From: an uncultured bacterium
Lineage (GTDB): Bacteria; Planctomycetota; Planctomycetia; Planctomycetales; Planctomycetaceae
Direction of reading: 5' to 3'
Assembly (NCBI GenBank): GCA_963974925.1
Contig: CAXBFD010000014.1
Location: forward strand, 10,027-74,026
DNA: 64,000 nt
In this document: piece by piece, positions 19,866 through 28,431 of the stretch
How the letters are laid out: each line of letters opens with the position of its first letter
Numbering within the stretch: the stretch's first letter is position 1
Notes under the pieces: model-generated
The model's database searches: none
Seen by the model: only the letters and a program-made list of their open reading frames with translations
Told to the model about the DNA's origin: nothing
Program-made: the position numbers and the translations under genes

Positions 19866-20699
19866 CTACAATGGAAATGCGGTAATGACATTGGTGCCTT
19901 CCAGAACCAGGCGGATTTTGGTGGCGGATGGTTTCCCCTGCCTGTTCCCGACCTGCCCTCCGATAAATCCAACAGAGCGTCCCATATTCACTGTATAGAC
20001 GATGCGATCCCCTTCCTGTTTTGTCTCTACCCGTCTCCCGCCTTTGAGCGCCTGCAGATAGGCTTCGTCAATCATAGCCAGTATTTTTTTTCGATCACCC
20101 TCGCCTGAAAAAACGCCATGTTTACCAGGGCGCTGTGGCTGATCTTCCGCGTGACGCATAATATGGAGTAAGCGATGTTTTTCCCGGCTCCCAGGACCGT
20201 ACTTCAAACCAGCGGTTGATTCCCAGACTTTACCCCCCAGATCCCGAAGTTGCCCTAACTCCGGTTGAGACTGACTGGCTGACGGTTTCGATGTGCTGCC
20301 GGGTGGGGGGCGATTTGAATTCGCCGGTGTTGGTTTCATTTTGGCGGGTGAGGATGCCACAAGCCGTGAACTTGTCTGCGAAGCAGCCGATTCTGTCTGC
20401 TGTTGCTTCAGATCTGCCTGATGCGGGACTTTAGCATTGTCAATCTGTGATTGAGGATCTGCTTCTTTGAGAGAGGGGAGAGCCTTTTGTCCCGAGGATT
20501 CACCAGTGTTGAATATGGATTCCTCATTCTGAACCAATTCCAATGGTTGGTCTGACTGATCCTGCTGCCATTGCAGAATGAGATAGATGACCAGAAAGAC
20601 CACAATCGCAATGCTCCAACTCGACGACCTGACCTTGGATCTGGTTTGTTTATGTTCTGGCTGGTTCATGCTGAAATATTTATCCTGGTCTGAATTCAT
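19866..20699 (-). CDS. membrane-anchored protein with low-complexity linker and C-terminal toxin-like (EndoU-type-like) domain
   Basis: TM helix WSIAIVVFLVIYLILQW, then a P/S/Q-rich linker. The C-terminal ~115 aa carry HRLLHIMRH, GKHGVF, ILAMIDEAY and terminal NVITAFPL, a pattern I associate with bacterial polymorphic-toxin nuclease domains. This is unverified. The start overlaps the sulfatase stop as ATGA. Confidence 0.5.
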   Translation of the reverse strand: MNSDQDKYFSMNQPEHKQTRSKVRSSSWSIAIVVFLVIYLILQWQQDQSDQPLELVQNEESIFNTGESSGQKALPSLKEADPQSQIDNAKVPHQADLKQQQTESAASQTSSRLVASSPAKMKPTPANSNRPPPGSTSKPSASQSQPELGQLRDLGGKVWESTAGLKYGPGSREKHRLLHIMRHAEDQPQRPGKHGVFSGEGDRKKILAMIDEAYLQALKGGRRVETKQEGDRIVYTVNMGRSVGFIGGQVGNRQGKPSATKIRLVLEGTNVITAFPL

Positions 20700-22096
20700 T
20701 CTGAAAGAGATTTCTGATACCGATCATAAATCTGTTTGAGATGCGCTACTTTCTCTGGATGGCTGGCAGCGAGATTCTGTTTTTCGCTCATATCTTTCGA
20801 CAGGTCAACCAGAAACAGTTGATCCGCTTTCGTGAGTTCTCCCTGCAGACTTGTGTCACGGGGGTGACCCAGCAATTTCCAGTCCCCCTCGCGGACAGCC
20901 CAGCTTTTTCCGATCTGCCAATAGAAATCAGAATGCGGGCTTTCCGCTTGTGACGAGTCGATGACTGCTGTCAGGCTTTTCCCATCGAGCTGATGCTGGG
21001 GAAGGGTTGCCCCGGTTAATTCAGCAATGGTTGGTAACCAGTCACAGCCTGTCGCCAGCTGATGGCGTTCTGCTCCTTCTGCGATGGTACCGGGCCAGGA
21101 AATCATGGCCGGCACTCGAATCCCGCCTTCAAACAGACTGAACTTTGCGCCTCGATAAGGACCTGCGCTGCCTCCCCCTCCGAAAGTTCGCTCTTCCTGC
21201 GAGTGCCCATGATCGGATTGAAAAATGACAATTGTATTTTCGCGAAGCTTGTAATCATCAAGCGTTTTCAATACCTCGCCAATACAGTCATCCATCGTCG
21301 ATACAAATGCCGCATACTTATTGCGCGGTGCAGGCAGGTGCGCATATTTTTTTCGCCATTGATCGGTTCCCTGCAAAGGGTAATGCGGTACGTTGATGGC
21401 CCAATACAGAAAAAACGGTTTGTCGCGGTGTGTTTCAATATAATTCCGGCATTGCTGTACCATCAGATCAGGAAAAAATTCCCCGTCATGCCAGACCTCT
21501 TTTCCATTTTTCCAGAGATCGTGCCGATTAGGACCATTCCAATAAAAATAATGGGAGTAGTTATCGATACAGCCTCCCATATGTCCAAACGAAAAATCAA
21601 AGCCCTGCCCGTTTGGCATTGTTTCGGCCGTATAACCTAAGTGCCATTTTCCGACATGGGCTGTCTGATAACCTGCCTGCTTCATCATTTCAGCAATTGT
21701 GATCTGTTCCGCAGGCATACCGATTTTTCCGTGCTGTGAAGAGACATTTCCAGGGACACCGGCGCGGCGCGGAATTCTGCCCGTCAATAATCCTGCGCGA
21801 GAGGGAGAGCAAACAGGGGCTGCAGCATAAAATTGTGTGAAGCGAATTCCTCTTTTGGCAATCGAATCCATATGAGGCGTGATCAGATCCCGGGCCCCAT
21901 AACAGTTAAGATCAATCGAGCCTTGGTCATCGGTAAAAATGATAATCACATTCGGTTTTTCCGAACGTGTTGCAGCCCCTGCTTCGCCACTGAAAAGCAC
22001 AAACATGCATAAACAGCACCAGAGCAAAGGGCATCGAGTCGCCCTGAGGCGTTTGACTGTAATCGTAGACATATTGAATCCTGCCATGATTGTCAC
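20696..22096 (-). CDS. formylglycine-dependent sulfatase (arylsulfatase family), exported
   Basis: Signal peptide, a DDQG metal site, the CSPSRAGLLTGR formylglycine motif, and GKWHLG. Confidence 0.9.
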   Translation of the reverse strand: MTIMAGFNMSTITVKRLRATRCPLLWCCLCMFVLFSGEAGAATRSEKPNVIIIFTDDQGSIDLNCYGARDLITPHMDSIAKRGIRFTQFYAAAPVCSPSRAGLLTGRIPRRAGVPGNVSSQHGKIGMPAEQITIAEMMKQAGYQTAHVGKWHLGYTAETMPNGQGFDFSFGHMGGCIDNYSHYFYWNGPNRHDLWKNGKEVWHDGEFFPDLMVQQCRNYIETHRDKPFFLYWAINVPHYPLQGTDQWRKKYAHLPAPRNKYAAFVSTMDDCIGEVLKTLDDYKLRENTIVIFQSDHGHSQEERTFGGGGSAGPYRGAKFSLFEGGIRVPAMISWPGTIAEGAERHQLATGCDWLPTIAELTGATLPQHQLDGKSLTAVIDSSQAESPHSDFYWQIGKSWAVREGDWKLLGHPRDTSLQGELTKADQLFLVDLSKDMSEKQNLAASHPEKVAHLKQIYDRYQKSLSE

Positions 22097-22128
22097 AAGA
22101 AAAAGAGGGCGCCAATTTCAATCAATTG

Positions 22129-22794
22129 TCATTCACTTTTCGGCGTCGCATCCCAGGCATTCTGAAAAACTTTCTCTCCATGCACCGTGTACGGGTTTTG
22201 CATACTCTCCTGGTAGACGGAAAGTCCCGCGGTCACGCAATGCGCGCCCGCAAGGGCAACATCTGCAATCTGACGACCATTACGTATCGCCGCGGCGATG
22301 ATTTCTGAATCGTATTGGTGTCGATCCAGCATTTCGGAGACTTCCAGAATAAATGTCGTTGTTGAATCGCCATAGGTTTCCTTCCAGCCAATAAAAGGAC
22401 TGATAAAAGACGCACCGGCTCGCGCTGCATGCCATGCTTGCGCGACAGAAAATATTAATGTTGCATTCGTTCGAATCCCCAGTCGGGTCAGCTCGCGAAT
22501 CGCTTTAAAACCATTTTCACTGGCCCCCACCTTAATGACAAAGTTGGGCGACATTCTGGAAAGACTTACTCCCTGTTCCACAATCGGTTCCCAATCTGTG
22601 ATGTGTGGATCAACCTCGACACTGACAGGCTTTTCTGTACCGGCGAATAACTCGGCGATCTCTTCGATCACTTTCATAAAAGGCTTGCCGGAATTTTGAA
22701 CATGTTTGGGATTCGTGGTGAGTCCATCCAGGTCCCAATATTCGAGACTGTGCTTAATCTCATCTGTGATGGCGCTATCCAGAAACAATTTCAT
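22129..22794 (-). CDS. transaldolase family protein (fructose-6-phosphate aldolase/TalC type)
   Basis: MKLFLDSA...GLTTNP N-terminus, the short 221-aa form, and the Schiff-base lysine context FVIKVGA. Confidence 0.85.
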   Translation of the reverse strand: MKLFLDSAITDEIKHSLEYWDLDGLTTNPKHVQNSGKPFMKVIEEIAELFAGTEKPVSVEVDPHITDWEPIVEQGVSLSRMSPNFVIKVGASENGFKAIRELTRLGIRTNATLIFSVAQAWHAARAGASFISPFIGWKETYGDSTTTFILEVSEMLDRHQYDSEIIAAAIRNGRQIADVALAGAHCVTAGLSVYQESMQNPYTVHGEKVFQNAWDATPKSE

Positions 22795-23019
22795 TGTGAA
22801 TTCCTTTCGTCAGGATAAAATGGCTCAAATATCGTCGTGTCGACATTGGGAATGATTCAGTCAAAACGCCCGGATGCAGATCAATGCCTGCATTATAAGT
22901 TCATCTGTTTAGAATATTCCACGCTGGCAATTTGTATTATGTTATATTATGAATCTTCGATGACCGTCTGAATGATCTAAAATCGTATCCTGCCTTGTAG
23001 AAAAAGCACACTCTACTCT

Positions 23020-23868
23020 ATGACAACTTTATTTCCTGATTATCTTAATATCACCCGCGACCTGTTAGCCTCGGAAACTGCCGTCAAATTGTCTATCGTC
23101 AAAGAGATGCCGGATATCGCCCGGCAGATGGCATCGACGATGTTGCAGGTGATAGAATCGGCAGAACAAGCAGGGCGGCCTGCAACACTAATCGTTCCCG
23201 TCGGGCCCGTAGATCAGTATCCCATTCTGGCTGAAATGTTGAACGAGAGACGCTACTCTCTCCGTGATGTCATGCTGATCAATATGGACGAGTATCTGAC
23301 TGACGGCGATCAATGGGTTGATCTCTCTCATCCCCTCAGTTTTCGCGGTTATATGAATCGCAAATTCTATGATTTACTGGATCCGGAACTGGCGCCATTG
23401 CCGGAAAACCGTGTCTGCCCCGACCCGAACGATGTGGGCGCCATTCAACGATTGATCATGCAACGGGGAGGCATCGATGCCTGCTTTGGAGGAATTGGCA
23501 TCAACGGACATATTGCCTTTAATGAACCACCCGATTCAGGCCAGAATATTTCCGTTGAAGAATTTGCGCAGTTACCCACGAGAAATCTGGATTTGACTCG
23601 GGAAACCAGAACCATCAATTCAGTCACCGTAGGCGGCGAAATTTCTATTATTCCCTGGCGGGCCGTCACCATCGGCATGAAAGAAATTCTGGGAGCGAGG
23701 GAACAACATTTCTACTGCAATCGTCTCTGGCAAAGTTCCGTTATTCGCAGAGTCCTGCATGGTCCTGTCACCAGTGCCTGCCCGGCTTCCCTTTTACGAA
23801 CACACCCTGATGTCAAATTAACAGTGACGGAATATGTCGCTGAACCGCCCGACATTCGTCTGCGTTAG
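23020..23868 (+). CDS. glucosamine-6-phosphate deaminase/isomerase (NagB/6PGL) family protein
   Basis: GIGINGHIAFNEP is the family signature, and the overall length fits. Confidence 0.75.
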   Translation: MTTLFPDYLNITRDLLASETAVKLSIVKEMPDIARQMASTMLQVIESAEQAGRPATLIVPVGPVDQYPILAEMLNERRYSLRDVMLINMDEYLTDGDQWVDLSHPLSFRGYMNRKFYDLLDPELAPLPENRVCPDPNDVGAIQRLIMQRGGIDACFGGIGINGHIAFNEPPDSGQNISVEEFAQLPTRNLDLTRETRTINSVTVGGEISIIPWRAVTIGMKEILGAREQHFYCNRLWQSSVIRRVLHGPVTSACPASLLRTHPDVKLTVTEYVAEPPDIRLR

Positions 23869-23907
23869 TATCAACTCACTTATCTCCCTGTAGAACTCAT
23901 TCGTACC

Positions 23908-24618
23908 ATGAAATTAAACTTTCAACAAGAACGTATTCTCGCAGTGGTTGCTCATCCTGATGATGCAGAGCTATTGTGTGCGGGCACATTGGCACGCGCT
24001 TTTTCGGAAGGCGCTACGATTGGAATTTGCGTACTCTGCCAGGGGGATAAAGGGCAACCTGATCTCCCCCTTCAAAATCTGGCTGAAGTCCGCCAGCAAG
24101 AGATGCAGTCGGCGGCAAAACTCCTTGGTGCAGCGCTCTTCTTTGGTCAGAATCCGGATGGTGCCCTGTTTGACAGTCCGGAGCAGCGTCGTCAATTAAC
24201 AGAAGTCATTCGGCAGTTTTCTCCCACACTGGTACTGGCACATTCACCAACAGATTATCACGCCGACCATCGTGCTGCCTCTGTCATCACCGAAGCGGCA
24301 ACCTGGTTCAGTGCCTCAGCGGGTAACCAGACTCAGTCACCTGCGTTGTACAAACCGCCGGCACTCTGGTGGCTGGACACTGTCAACATGACACAATTCG
24401 AGCCCCATTTTTATATCGATATCAGTGAATTCGTTGATACAAAACTGGCGATGCTCAATTGTCATCAGAGCCAGTTGCAACGGGGCAAAGCTGCCAGCTT
24501 CTCTCCGCTGCAGGATCTGATGCTCCAGCAATGCACGATCCGTGGTGCCCAGTCCGGAGTCGCCTCCGCAGAAGCCTTTCGCAGCCATACTGCCTGGAAA
24601 CGTTGTGCCGCCTGGTAA
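23908..24618 (+). CDS. PIG-L/LmbE family deacetylase
   Basis: AVVAHPDDAELLCAGTLA, together with the later HADH, forms the PIG-L zinc-site pattern. Confidence 0.8.
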   Translation: MKLNFQQERILAVVAHPDDAELLCAGTLARAFSEGATIGICVLCQGDKGQPDLPLQNLAEVRQQEMQSAAKLLGAALFFGQNPDGALFDSPEQRRQLTEVIRQFSPTLVLAHSPTDYHADHRAASVITEAATWFSASAGNQTQSPALYKPPALWWLDTVNMTQFEPHFYIDISEFVDTKLAMLNCHQSQLQRGKAASFSPLQDLMLQQCTIRGAQSGVASAEAFRSHTAWKRCAAW

Positions 24619-24647
24619 CCGTTTTCGATCTGATTTCCTGATGGTGC

Positions 24648-25766
24648 TCAAATCAAACCGAATCGCTTTGCCTCGGATCTTCGTTCTGGACCTATGTAGC
24701 GAAAACTGGCGGTAATTCTTCCATGGCTGGAAAAAACACGCTGTTTTCTTTTCTGCTCAAATCCGCTCTGGCGCTGCACTGAAGAAGGTCTGCGAGTCAT
24801 TTTCCAGAACATTGATTTTGCCCGATGACGGATCATGGCGGGATGTCCGGTGATACTGACATATGGTTTTTTACAACAATACAGAGAAGCCACATATTCG
24901 CTCAGCGCATTGCCTATGCCAACTCCTTGAAAATCAGGGAGACAGACCGTTCGGTGCTCTCTGAAAGAGGATGCCGTTTTGTGTGGGAAATGAATCACGG
25001 CGGTGAAAGCAGCCGGCTGCCCATCGACTATCGCCATAAAGCAGTTTGCAGAATTCTGTAATGAAGAATCTAAATAATGATGTTTCCGGAAAAGTTCCCA
25101 CGCACTTTGATGCACGTTAACAATCTCGAGAGAGACCGGGGGCCGCGATTGCCTTTCACACCTCCATTGAAAATCATTGATTGCAGGCTGGAAAATCCAG
25201 TCGGGGTCAAGCCAGTCCAGAATATCATAATGACAGGATACAGCGACAAATTTCTGTTGTCTTTTTCGTACGGTTTTCGCAATAGCACAACTGCCAATCC
25301 GGGCGACTGTGCGGTCAACCACTGAAGTGAACTCATCAATCACTACTGACTCTGACTGTTCAGCCAAAGCTCTCGCCATGGTCACACGAAACTGCTCACC
25401 ATTCGAAAGAACATGATAAGGCTTCAACCAGCCTGGAGGCGAAGAGAAACCTACCGATGAGAGCAGGGCAGTGATCTCTTTGATTCCCATTGTTTCGGGA
25501 AAGGAATCAATAATGCTTTTCTTTTGAAACCATTCAAATCCTTCGACAAAATCAGTTCGAAACAGTTCTCTGGCGATCGTCGTTTTTCCACTTCCGGAAG
25601 GCCCCACGATCAATCCAATCTGCCACTCATGCGCATGCAGGGGCAGATCTGCCGACCATTCAACGCGACACTTTTTTTCAGCAGGAACGCCAAACATTCC
25701 TTCCAGCTGAATCACACGGGGACTGCGGATTATCTGAGATTCCCTTACGATATCCACGCGCGACAT
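24648..25766 (-). CDS. fusion protein: ABC-type ATPase domain + C-terminal GNAT-like acetyltransferase domain
   Basis: The N-terminal ~215 aa carry Walker A GPSGSGKTT, the signature-like LSNGEQFRVTMARAL, Walker B VVIDEFTSVVD and the H-loop VSCHYD. The C-terminal ~150 aa have a GNAT acetyl-CoA motif (LPDFQGVGIGNALSEYV). No TM domain is present. Confidence 0.65.
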   Translation of the reverse strand: MSRVDIVRESQIIRSPRVIQLEGMFGVPAEKKCRVEWSADLPLHAHEWQIGLIVGPSGSGKTTIARELFRTDFVEGFEWFQKKSIIDSFPETMGIKEITALLSSVGFSSPPGWLKPYHVLSNGEQFRVTMARALAEQSESVVIDEFTSVVDRTVARIGSCAIAKTVRKRQQKFVAVSCHYDILDWLDPDWIFQPAINDFQWRCERQSRPPVSLEIVNVHQSAWELFRKHHYLDSSLQNSANCFMAIVDGQPAAFTAVIHFPHKTASSFREHRTVCLPDFQGVGIGNALSEYVASLYCCKKPYVSITGHPAMIRHRAKSMFWKMTRRPSSVQRQSGFEQKRKQRVFSSHGRITASFRYIGPERRSEAKRFGLI

Positions 25767-26302
25767 TCGAACCCCTCTTTTTTCAACCGCTTCAAAAGCG
25801 CCACCTGCTCGGACTCATCTTTGCAATCAATCAGTACGCTGAAAGAATCGACCAGCAGATGCGATTCATCTTCACTCTCGATGATCTCTGTCAGCGCAGG
25901 CTCTTTAGACAGGCGAGAACTCAAAAGCTCCTGCAGATCTTTAGAATCTGTCGAAATCGATTCAATCAGATTTCCCAGAGCCAGCTGATCCGTAAGCGAC
26001 ATGGATGTAATGAAATCGAATGTCGCCAGAATTTTATCTGCCTCCATTTTCGTCACATCGAGAACCAGGCAAGGCACTTTTTCCTCTTCTGCGATATCAG
26101 CCCGCAAATGCCCGTCAATCAATTCGAATGTTCCGTCATTGCATTCTCGCACCAGACAGGCGGAAGCAAATCCCACCTCTTTCAGAACCGCCCGTAATGC
26201 AGTTTCCTGAGATTGCGTGTGGTTCCGCCAGTTCTTGCCATTGCGTTTGAGCAAGGATGCTTTGATTCTTTGAAAACTTTTGACACGGTCTTTTAATTGC
26301 AT
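25745..26302 (-). CDS. ParB/Srx-fold (ParB N-terminal nuclease-like) domain protein
   Basis: NWRNHTQSQETALRAVLKEVGF...FELIDGHLRADIA...VPCLVLD matches the ParB-N pattern (NPR.H, DGHxR box). An acidic linker and a small C-terminal domain follow. The gene overlaps the next gene by 22 nt. Confidence 0.65.
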   Translation of the reverse strand: MQLKDRVKSFQRIKASLLKRNGKNWRNHTQSQETALRAVLKEVGFASACLVRECNDGTFELIDGHLRADIAEEEKVPCLVLDVTKMEADKILATFDFITSMSLTDQLALGNLIESISTDSKDLQELLSSRLSKEPALTEIIESEDESHLLVDSFSVLIDCKDESEQVALLKRLKKEGFECRAWIS

Positions 26303-26324
26303 TTTGACTCCACTTTAAAATATG

Positions 26325-26585
26325 TCACTGGCAATCCAGGCAACGATTTGCACCATAACGTTGCCGGATCTGATCTTTGTGGTAATCCCCTTTAAAAATG
26401 GGTGCGCCACACCGGGCGCAGGCAGAAATCGGTTCGTGCTTCATCAGCACTGAGCTGACAACAAGCTCGGGATACTCGGCTTCAACCATTTTTGCCGCCA
26501 GAACATGAGTCTGTGCCACTCGATCAAGCCGTTTGACAGGGCGTTGATGTTTTCCTTGCGCCAGGTAAACAATAAACTGAGGCAT
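26325..26585 (-). CDS. small zinc-ribbon protein
   Basis: 86 aa with CARC...CLDC near the C-terminus. AAAGGAG lies upstream of the ATG. Confidence 0.45.
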   Translation of the reverse strand: MPQFIVYLAQGKHQRPVKRLDRVAQTHVLAAKMVEAEYPELVVSSVLMKHEPISACARCGAPIFKGDYHKDQIRQRYGANRCLDCQ

Positions 26586-26639
26586 GTCACACTCCTTTTC
26601 TAATCTGGAATTTTCGGTTCAACACGATATTCAAGACTC

Positions 26640-26667
26640 ATTCTAAAAAGAATTTGATGATTGTCAT
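26640..26667 (-). promoter_or_regulatory. possible internal sigma70-like promoter for the Zn-ribbon/ParB/ABC-GNAT sub-module
   Basis: The minus strand reads ATGACA, then 16 nt, then TAGAAT, inside the only sizeable gap (131 nt) of the operon. This is motif resemblance only. Confidence 0.25.
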
Positions 26668-26716
26668 GAGGTGCATCCAGGCACACGTGCTCAAGCTGAA
26701 CCAGAATCGCATGCCT

Positions 26717-27169
26717 CTATTTCACAAGCTCCAAATCAAACAGCGTGTCATTATCTGCAGGAAACACTACTTCACTGACGGGCGCAATTTTGTCGTTCTG
26801 CAATGCGTCGGCAATCAACCAGCCACCAATGGGCACGCCGACACCTGTTGCGATCATCCCTGCGCCTAATACCAGTTTTGCGAGCGTGCCCGCAGTATTC
26901 CCGCTTGCCGGCAGGTACTGGTGAATCACGCTGTTGTCGTCGCCAATGTGCATGTCCTCACCCTCTGGACGATGATGGTCCGTGATCTCTTTGCCGAGCA
27001 GCTTTTCACGCGTGGCCAGCGTGAGTGAATTCACATTATTGAACCGCGTCGCCGCCTGTCTCAATCCCTCCGCTCGTTCCCCCACTTTTATCTTCCACCA
27101 TGCTTGAGCCAGTTTCTCCTTCCAGTTCAGAGGAGTTGTCTGCTCCGCTGTCGTTGCTTCCTCCGTCAT
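26717..27169 (-). CDS. hypothetical protein with C-terminal TM helix (150 aa)
   Basis: Own GGAG (27178-27181) 8 nt upstream of ATG 27169. The N-terminus is amphipathic and helical. A G-rich TM segment LAKLVLGAGMIATGVGVPIGGWLIADAL lies near the C-terminus. Confidence 0.45.
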   Translation of the reverse strand: MTEEATTAEQTTPLNWKEKLAQAWWKIKVGERAEGLRQAATRFNNVNSLTLATREKLLGKEITDHHRPEGEDMHIGDDNSVIHQYLPASGNTAGTLAKLVLGAGMIATGVGVPIGGWLIADALQNDKIAPVSEVVFPADNDTLFDLELVK

Positions 27170-27305
27170 CTTTGTTACTCCATGAATACACGAGCTTGCC
27201 GAACGTTCCGAATTGGAACGCCCGGTCTAGCTCATTGTTGTCGGCAATCATTTGAGCATGGAATTCCGTGCTTTGCCTGATCAGCTCTTCCAATGGGTCA
27301 ACCAT
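27036..27305 (-). CDS. hypothetical 89-aa protein with G/S/D/E-rich tail, overlapping the next gene by 134 nt
   Basis: The ATG is coupled to the upstream stop as TAATG. The first ~45 aa look globular and helical. The tail is low complexity and is encoded out of frame over the start of the next ORF. Confidence 0.35.
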   Translation of the reverse strand: MVDPLEELIRQSTEFHAQMIADNNELDRAFQFGTFGKLVYSWSNKDDGGSNDSGADNSSELEGETGSSMVEDKSGGTSGGIETGGDAVQ

Positions 27306-27574
27306 TATGCTGGCGCCGGCCCGCCGGGGCTTACCTTGGCCTGGACTTCACGAATCCCGACAGCCTCATCGAGAGTCACCATGCGCTTATTTTCCAGGTA
27401 ATCGTAGTCAACGACTTTTTGAACGGTCACAAAATTGTTTTGTGCGACTGTTCCGGTCTGCATGAGTTGCGTCAGCATGTGATTCGCAACATTATCTGAT
27501 AAATCTACTGCCATCTTCTGTTCTCCTTCTCCCTCAATGGGGACTTCCACTTCTAAAATATCGCCGTCCGGCAT
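27305..27574 (-). CDS. hypothetical 89-aa protein
   Basis: Both ends are coupled as TAATG. It has an acidic N-terminus and a Q/N/V-rich core. Confidence 0.45.
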   Translation of the reverse strand: MPDGDILEVEVPIEGEGEQKMAVDLSDNVANHMLTQLMQTGTVAQNNFVTVQKVVDYDYLENKRMVTLDEAVGIREVQAKVSPGGPAPA

Positions 27575-28431
27575 TACTGAGCCTCACTTTGTTTAACGGC
27601 CTTAAACCTGAGCTTGATGGGATCACCAAGCGGATACTTCTGCTCTGCTACCACTTTTCCATCCGCCCCAATGATCTGGACCGGGATCTCCGTTTTCGAC
27701 AACTTGTCGAGCTGCTCTCTCAGTTTGGACAACTCGACCTCTAAAGCTGTAACCAGCTCGCGATTGTCTGTTCCATTCGGCCTGGCCGGTTCTTCCATGT
27801 CTACGATCACAGCGGGTTCACAACGACAGTCTGGCAGCCTGCCGTACTGTCGGATGAGTTGTTGACGAATCAATATTCCGTCTGTATAGATTGTGTTTGA
27901 AAAGTCATGCCCCTTGATGATGCCGACCAGCTGACCATTCACCAGGATCGGCCCGCCTGAGTCCCCCCTGGCGACAACCTTTGAGAAGAATCGACCACTC
28001 TGATTGACGCGGATTTTCGCCCGCAATGTTTTGAATGTTTCAATTCCGTTTGAGTAGCCGTAAGCGACTGCTTCGACACCATTTGCAGGCTGGCTCTCCG
28101 CAACAGTAAAACACCGCGTGGCACTGATTTTCTGTGTTTCAAGAATGGCATAGTCGGTTGCATTGTCGTACCGTTTATAAACGACCCGCGCGCCCCACCA
28201 TTGTCCGCTATAACCGACGTGAATGGTTTTCGCCTGAAGCACATTGTGCGCTGCAGTGAGATAAACCGATCGTTCTTTTATATTTCCAATATAGGCACAG
28301 GCCCCCGTTCCAATAATCTGACGACATCCGTCTGACGTGCATTCCGTCGCTGTGACCCTGAGAACCAATGCCTGCGCATCGACAATCGCGGTCATCAACA
28401 TGAACAGTAGAAACGTGATTGATCTCACCAT
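27574..28431 (-). CDS. secreted trypsin-like (S1 chymotrypsin-fold) serine protease with coiled-coil C-terminal extension
   Basis: Signal peptide MVRSITFLLFMLMTAIVDAQA. The catalytic triad contexts are LTAAHNV (His), TDYAIL (Asp) and GDSGGP (Ser). The C-terminal ~80 aa include LEVELSKLREQLDKL. Confidence 0.8.
   Translation of the reverse strand: MVRSITFLLFMLMTAIVDAQALVLRVTATECTSDGCRQIIGTGACAYIGNIKERSVYLTAAHNVLQAKTIHVGYSGQWWGARVVYKRYDNATDYAILETQKISATRCFTVAESQPANGVEAVAYGYSNGIETFKTLRAKIRVNQSGRFFSKVVARGDSGGPILVNGQLVGIIKGHDFSNTIYTDGILIRQQLIRQYGRLPDCRCEPAVIVDMEEPARPNGTDNRELVTALEVELSKLREQLDKLSKTEIPVQIIGADGKVVAEQKYPLGDPIKLRFKAVKQSEAQ

Noticed and set aside
21062-21640. 192-aa plus-strand ORF, and similar long antisense ORFs at 33694-34170, 43545-44039, 50219-50740, 59040-59558 and 31746-32126
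   Set aside because: Each lies entirely antisense to, or out of frame within, a gene with strong family motifs. Their translations are compositionally odd, being rich in R, C, S and P. They are typical shadow ORFs.
26717-27305. The overlapped ORF pair interpreted as an Rz/Rz1-type spanin pair
   Set aside because: Neither product fits. The upstream ORF has no N-terminal TM anchor. The downstream ORF has no lipobox signal sequence, and its TM helix is C-terminal.
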